Source: Fastidiosibacter lacustris (GTDB lineage Bacteria; Pseudomonadota; Gammaproteobacteria; Francisellales; Francisellaceae). Taken from it: a stretch of 32,000 bases of DNA. The position numbers were made by a program, and so were the translations under genes. Shown one piece after another: positions 27,690 through 32,000 of this stretch. Positions within the stretch are counted from its first letter, which is position 1; each line of letters begins with the position of its first letter. Location of the stretch: NCBI RefSeq assembly GCF_003428155.1, contig NZ_QLIR01000001.1, forward strand, positions 210,001 to 242,000, written 5' to 3'. The notes beneath the pieces are model-generated. The model was given only the letters and a program-made list of their open reading frames with translations, had not been told where the DNA came from and made no database searches.

Positions 27690-30600
27690 ATGTCAGTGCG
27701 TTTTGTTCATTTAAAAGTGCACAGCGAATATTCGCTTATGGATAGCATCATTCGCATTAAGCCGATGTTGTCAGAATGCGTGCAGCGTAAGCTTCCAGCA
27801 ATTGCATTAACAGATATGTGTAACCTATTCGCTGCTGTAAAATTCTATAAAGCAGCATTAGATCAAGGCATTAAACCAATATTTGGTAGTGAGATTTATA
27901 TTCAGGTGGATGAACGGATTCATCCATTAACTCTCATCGCAAAAGACAATGCAGGGTATCAAACGATTGTTGAACTTATTTCATATGCTTATTTAAATGC
28001 TACACGTAAAGATGGCATTCCAATATTACCCAAAAATGAGCTAGCAAGCTTTAATTTCTCTCAAGTTTTTGTATTAAGCGGTGGACAAAAAGGTGAGCTA
28101 GGTTATGCACTTATGACTCAAGATTATAAAGAAGTCCTAGCTTTGCTTGATACTTATATGCAAATCTTCCCTAGAAATAATTTCTTTATTGAACTGCAAC
28201 GCTTAGGAGTTGACGGTGAAGAGCGATATATCCAAAGTGTAATTGAGTTGGCAAAAGACCAACATATTGCAGTTGTCGCAACTAATGATGTACGCTTCTT
28301 AGATGAAGAGAATTATTCTGATCATGAGATACGTGTGGGGATTTACCAGGGTTATACACTCTTGGATCAAAACCGTAAGAGCCAATATACGACTAAGCAA
28401 TATTTGCGATCTAGCGATGAGATGTGTGAGCTTTTTGCTGACATTCCACAGAGTTTATCCAATACTGTTTATATTGCTGAGAATGCAAATGTGACGTTTA
28501 AATTGGGTGGTGCGGTTTTACCACGTTTTGAAATCCCACAAAACATGACCGAGGCAGAATATTTTGCCAAAGTTTCTTATGAAGGATTAGAAGAGCGTTT
28601 TGATTTTATTTTGCACGATAAAAGTGAACAACAAAAACAAATGCTTAAAAAAAAGTATAAAGCACGTTTGCAATTAGAGGTTGATGTTATTTGTCAGATG
28701 GGTTTTCCAGGTTATTTTTTAATTGTTGCTGATTTTATTCAATGGTCCAAAGATAATGGTATCCCTGTGGGACCAGGACGAGGATCAGGTGCAGGATCGC
28801 TAGTTGCTTATGCACTTAAAATTACTGATATTGACCCTATCCCATATGGGTTGCTGTTTGAGCGTTTTTTAAACCCTGAACGTGTGTCAATGCCAGATTT
28901 TGATATTGATTTTTGTATGGATGGTCGCGATAGCGTCATTGAATATGTAGCACAAAAGTATGGAAGTGAGAGCGTGTCCCAAATTATTACTTATGGCTCA
29001 ATGGCAGCAAAAGCAGTAGTGCGTGATGTAGGACGTGTATTAGCGCAGCCTTATGGTTTTGTGGATAAAATCGCGAAGCTTATTCCAAATGATTTAGGGA
29101 TTAAGCTTAAAGATGCTTGTGCGCCAGATACGCCATTATATGAGCTATGTCAGCAAGATGAAACCGCAGATGAAATTATCAAAATTGCACTTAAACTAGA
29201 AGGGCTTACCAGAAGTGTGGGGAAGCATGCAGCAGGAGTTGTAATCTCCCCATCAAAGGTAACGGATTTTTCACCGATTTACTGTGAAGAAGGTTCAAAA
29301 CAGCTTGTAACTCAGTTTGATAAAAAAGATGTAGAAGATGTCGGACTCGTGAAGTTCGATTTTTTAGGACTTAGAAATTTAACTATTATTGATAATGCGT
29401 TAAAAATTGCTAATAAACAAAGACGTTTGCAAGGTGAAGCTGATTTAAACATCGTACTTATTCCAATGAACGATAAAAAGACGTTTCAATTATTGCAAAA
29501 TGGCGAAACAACGGGTGTGTTCCAGCTTGAATCTCGAGGAATGAAAGAGCTAATTAAGCGTCTTAAACCAGATTGTTTTGAAGATATTATTGCATTGGTT
29601 GCTTTATATCGACCCGGTCCACTTGGTTCTGGGATGGTAGATGACTTTGTTAATCGTAAGCATGGTCGCCAACGAGTAAGTTACCCACATCCAGCTTTGG
29701 AAGAGGTTTTAAAAGAGACTTATGGAACGATTTTATACCAAGAACAGGTCATGCAAATTGCGCAAATTTTGGCAAATTATTCTTTAGGTGGAGCGGATTT
29801 ATTGCGTCGAGCAATGGGTAAAAAAAATCCAGAGGAAATGGCAAAGCAGCGTGAAACTTTTGAAAAAGGGGCCTTTGAAAATGGTATTGATCGCAAGCTC
29901 GCTAGTTCCATTTTTGATTTAATGGAAGAGTTTGCTAAATATGGTTTTAACAAGTCCCATTCTGCAGCTTACGCGCTTGTATCATATCAAACGGCATATT
30001 TAAAAGCACATTATCCGCAGGCGTTTATGGCGGCAGTTTTGTCATCTGATATGGATAATACCGAAAAGGTGGTCAACTTTATTAATGAATGTCAGAAGAT
30101 GAAATTAAGTCTTGTCTTACCTCATATCAATATCAGCGATTATTACTTCACCGTAGATAATAAGGAGCAGTTGGTATATGGGCTAGGTGCGGTTAAAGGT
30201 GTTGGTTTTGCTGCCATTGACGGGATTTTAACAGAGCGTGTTAAAAATGGTGTATATAAAAATTTATATGACTTGTGTTTGAGAGTAGACTTACGTAAGG
30301 TGAATAAGCGCGTATGTGAAGCACTTATTTATGCTGGCGCAATGGATGGATTTGCGAATAATAGGCAAACGCTTATTGCAACTCTAGAAGATGCAATGAA
30401 ATCAGCTGACCAAAAAACGCAAATGCAAAGTAGTGGACAGTTGGATCTATTTGGTTTTGATGAGGTTGGGATAGAGGATCTTCAATCTAATAAAGATCTA
30501 AGTAAGGTTGAAATTCCTAATTGGACGATAAAAGATAAGCTTATCTATGAGAAATCTGTGCTTGGTATGTTTTTGTCAGGACACTTAATCGATGAAGATC

Positions 30601-31172
30601 GCTTTTGGCTTAACTACTTTAAAGTGACACCATTAAATAGGATTACTCCAACAACACGTAAAGAATCTATTTTACTTGCTGGTGTAGTTGTTTCGATAGC
30701 ACAACGTAAAACAAAGTCAGGTAAACTTATGGGAGCGTTGCAGATTGATGATGGTTATGAGCGTTTAGAGTTAGTCATATTTAGTGACCTTTACGATAGT
30801 GTGAAACACATGATTAGCGTCGATCAAACAGTTATTGTTGAGGGAGAAGTGAGTATTGATGGTTACAATGATCAGTTAAGGATTAATGCTCTTGATATTC
30901 AACCGATTGAACAATATGTCGATTTGACTATCAATACATTAAATTTCAATCTGCCAATAGATAAGCTAAAAGTGCTATATGATATATTGTTGTTGGCAAG
31001 TAATGGTAAAGGCGAATCAAACTTAGCGACGAAAAAAGTAAAATTGACAATTACAGGTAGTGATTATCAGCTTATGACTATGGTAGATAAGTTAGCAATC
31101 AGTGCCTATGCTCTAACAGGTAAAATAAACATGTTATCACAACATCAAATTGAGCTAACGCTGTTCGCTTAA
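27690..31172 (+). CDS. dnaE: DNA polymerase III alpha subunit
   Basis: 1160 aa. The N-terminal PHP domain (FVHLKVHSEYSLMDS) resembles E. coli DnaE. The catalytic palm region PDFDIDF, an HhH motif and a C-terminal OB fold are present. Confidence 0.98.
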   Translation: MSVRFVHLKVHSEYSLMDSIIRIKPMLSECVQRKLPAIALTDMCNLFAAVKFYKAALDQGIKPIFGSEIYIQVDERIHPLTLIAKDNAGYQTIVELISYAYLNATRKDGIPILPKNELASFNFSQVFVLSGGQKGELGYALMTQDYKEVLALLDTYMQIFPRNNFFIELQRLGVDGEERYIQSVIELAKDQHIAVVATNDVRFLDEENYSDHEIRVGIYQGYTLLDQNRKSQYTTKQYLRSSDEMCELFADIPQSLSNTVYIAENANVTFKLGGAVLPRFEIPQNMTEAEYFAKVSYEGLEERFDFILHDKSEQQKQMLKKKYKARLQLEVDVICQMGFPGYFLIVADFIQWSKDNGIPVGPGRGSGAGSLVAYALKITDIDPIPYGLLFERFLNPERVSMPDFDIDFCMDGRDSVIEYVAQKYGSESVSQIITYGSMAAKAVVRDVGRVLAQPYGFVDKIAKLIPNDLGIKLKDACAPDTPLYELCQQDETADEIIKIALKLEGLTRSVGKHAAGVVISPSKVTDFSPIYCEEGSKQLVTQFDKKDVEDVGLVKFDFLGLRNLTIIDNALKIANKQRRLQGEADLNIVLIPMNDKKTFQLLQNGETTGVFQLESRGMKELIKRLKPDCFEDIIALVALYRPGPLGSGMVDDFVNRKHGRQRVSYPHPALEEVLKETYGTILYQEQVMQIAQILANYSLGGADLLRRAMGKKNPEEMAKQRETFEKGAFENGIDRKLASSIFDLMEEFAKYGFNKSHSAAYALVSYQTAYLKAHYPQAFMAAVLSSDMDNTEKVVNFINECQKMKLSLVLPHINISDYYFTVDNKEQLVYGLGAVKGVGFAAIDGILTERVKNGVYKNLYDLCLRVDLRKVNKRVCEALIYAGAMDGFANNRQTLIATLEDAMKSADQKTQMQSSGQLDLFGFDEVGIEDLQSNKDLSKVEIPNWTIKDKLIYEKSVLGMFLSGHLIDEDRFWLNYFKVTPLNRITPTTRKESILLAGVVVSIAQRKTKSGKLMGALQIDDGYERLELVIFSDLYDSVKHMISVDQTVIVEGEVSIDGYNDQLRINALDIQPIEQYVDLTINTLNFNLPIDKLKVLYDILLLASNGKGESNLATKKVKLTITGSDYQLMTMVDKLAISAYALTGKINMLSQHQIELTLFA

Positions 31173-31241
31173 ATGAGCTTTGTGTTACAATACAAAAGTT
31201 TTACAACAAAATAAGCTAAGTAATAAAATATAGAGGTTGAT

Positions 31242-31994
31242 ATGGCTGGTCATAGTAAATGGGCAAACATAAAGCATAGAAAAGCAAAAGAGGATGCTAA
31301 ACGTGGCAAAATTTTCACTAAACTCATTCGCGAAATTACAGTTGCGGCACGCATGGGGGGGGCTGATAAAGACTCCAATCCACGTTTGCGTGCAGCTATG
31401 GCAACAGCGTTTAGCAATAACATGACTAAAGACACTATTGATCGCGCAATTAAAAAAGGTGCTGGTGGGGAAGAGGGTGGAAATCTAGAGGAAATTCGTT
31501 ATGAAGGCTATGGACCTGCTGGAGTTGCTGTTATTGTAGATTGTATGACAGACAATCGAAATCGAACGGTTGCAGAAGTGCGTCATGCGTTTAGCAAATC
31601 AGGGGGGAATTTAGGTACAGACGGTTCAGTATCATATATGTTTAATAAAAAAGGTATCATCAGTTTTGAATCAGATTACAATGAAGATCTCGTTATGGAA
31701 GTGGCATTGGAGTCTGGCGCACTGGACATCATTACTTATGATGATGGCTCAATCGATGTTATTACTGATCCAAATGATTTTTTCGAAGTTAACGAGGCAT
31801 TACAGGTTAAAGGATTAAAAGCAGTTTCAGCAGAAGTGACTATGGATGCTGATATGAAGTCAAATATAGATGACCTAGAAATTGCTCAAAAGGTTTTAAG
31901 CATGATTGATCGTTTAGAAGATTTAGATGATGTACAAAGCGTTTATACGAATGCTGAGTTTGCTGATAGTGTTATGGATGTCTTGGGTTCGTGA
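31242..31994 (+). CDS. yebC: YebC/PmpR (TACO1) family transcriptional/translational regulator
   Basis: 250 aa with the highly conserved N-terminus [32 protein letters not shown]. The stop is at 31992-31994. Confidence 0.95.
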   Translation: MAGHSKWANIKHRKAKEDAKRGKIFTKLIREITVAARMGGADKDSNPRLRAAMATAFSNNMTKDTIDRAIKKGAGGEEGGNLEEIRYEGYGPAGVAVIVDCMTDNRNRTVAEVRHAFSKSGGNLGTDGSVSYMFNKKGIISFESDYNEDLVMEVALESGALDIITYDDGSIDVITDPNDFFEVNEALQVKGLKAVSAEVTMDADMKSNIDDLEIAQKVLSMIDRLEDLDDVQSVYTNAEFADSVMDVLGS

Positions 31995-32000
31995 TTATTT

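Noticed and set aside
1-32000. Checked by eye for tRNA/rRNA/tmRNA/SRP signatures (T-loop GGTTCGAATCC and similar), CRISPR-like regularly spaced repeats, IS/transposase or integrase ORFs, phage genes, reverse transcriptases, and toxin-antitoxin pairs.
   Set aside because: None were found. Every ORF of 100 aa or more except 829-1464 and 10617-10925 maps to a familiar housekeeping family, and no regularly spaced repeat array is present. A computational scan (tRNAscan-SE, Infernal, ISfinder BLAST, CRISPR finders, DefenseFinder/PADLOC) would be needed to be definitive.

Overview
AT-rich gammaproteobacterial chromosome segment. Gene content and order resemble Francisella/Legionella-type lineages, but that is from memory and cannot be confirmed without a search. 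The window is almost entirely core housekeeping. In order it holds: the 3' end of tyrS; a tiny 2-TM protein plus a PDC/Cache-like lipoprotein; trpB-trpA packed directly onto a truncated division cluster (rsmH-ftsL-ftsI, with no mraZ and no mur genes); convergent hslR, gor and purH; ruvX-yqgE; mutT; then a looser block (LysR regulator, ferritin/bacterioferritin-like protein, MscS channel, POT peptide transporter) containing the longest non-coding gaps. After that comes an eight-gene co-directional string on the minus strand (lptD-surA-rsmA-apaH-aroQ-accB-accC-prmA), a divergent amgK-like kinase, dnaE and yebC. I recognised no rRNA, tRNA, CRISPR array, IS/transposase, integrase, phage gene, or known defence or toxin-antitoxin genes. 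I do not see a convincing novel multi-gene system. The items most worth a second look are: the trpBA-dcw fusion operon; the orphan small-membrane-protein/PDC-lipoprotein pair; the ORF-poor gaps at 8398-8836, 10409-11028, 13425-14214 and 17118-17375; a perfect 24-bp palindrome next to the gor stop codon; and several gene losses from conserved operons (mraZ, pdxA, apaG, murU, purD neighbour). All regulatory and structural calls were made by eye and have low confidence.
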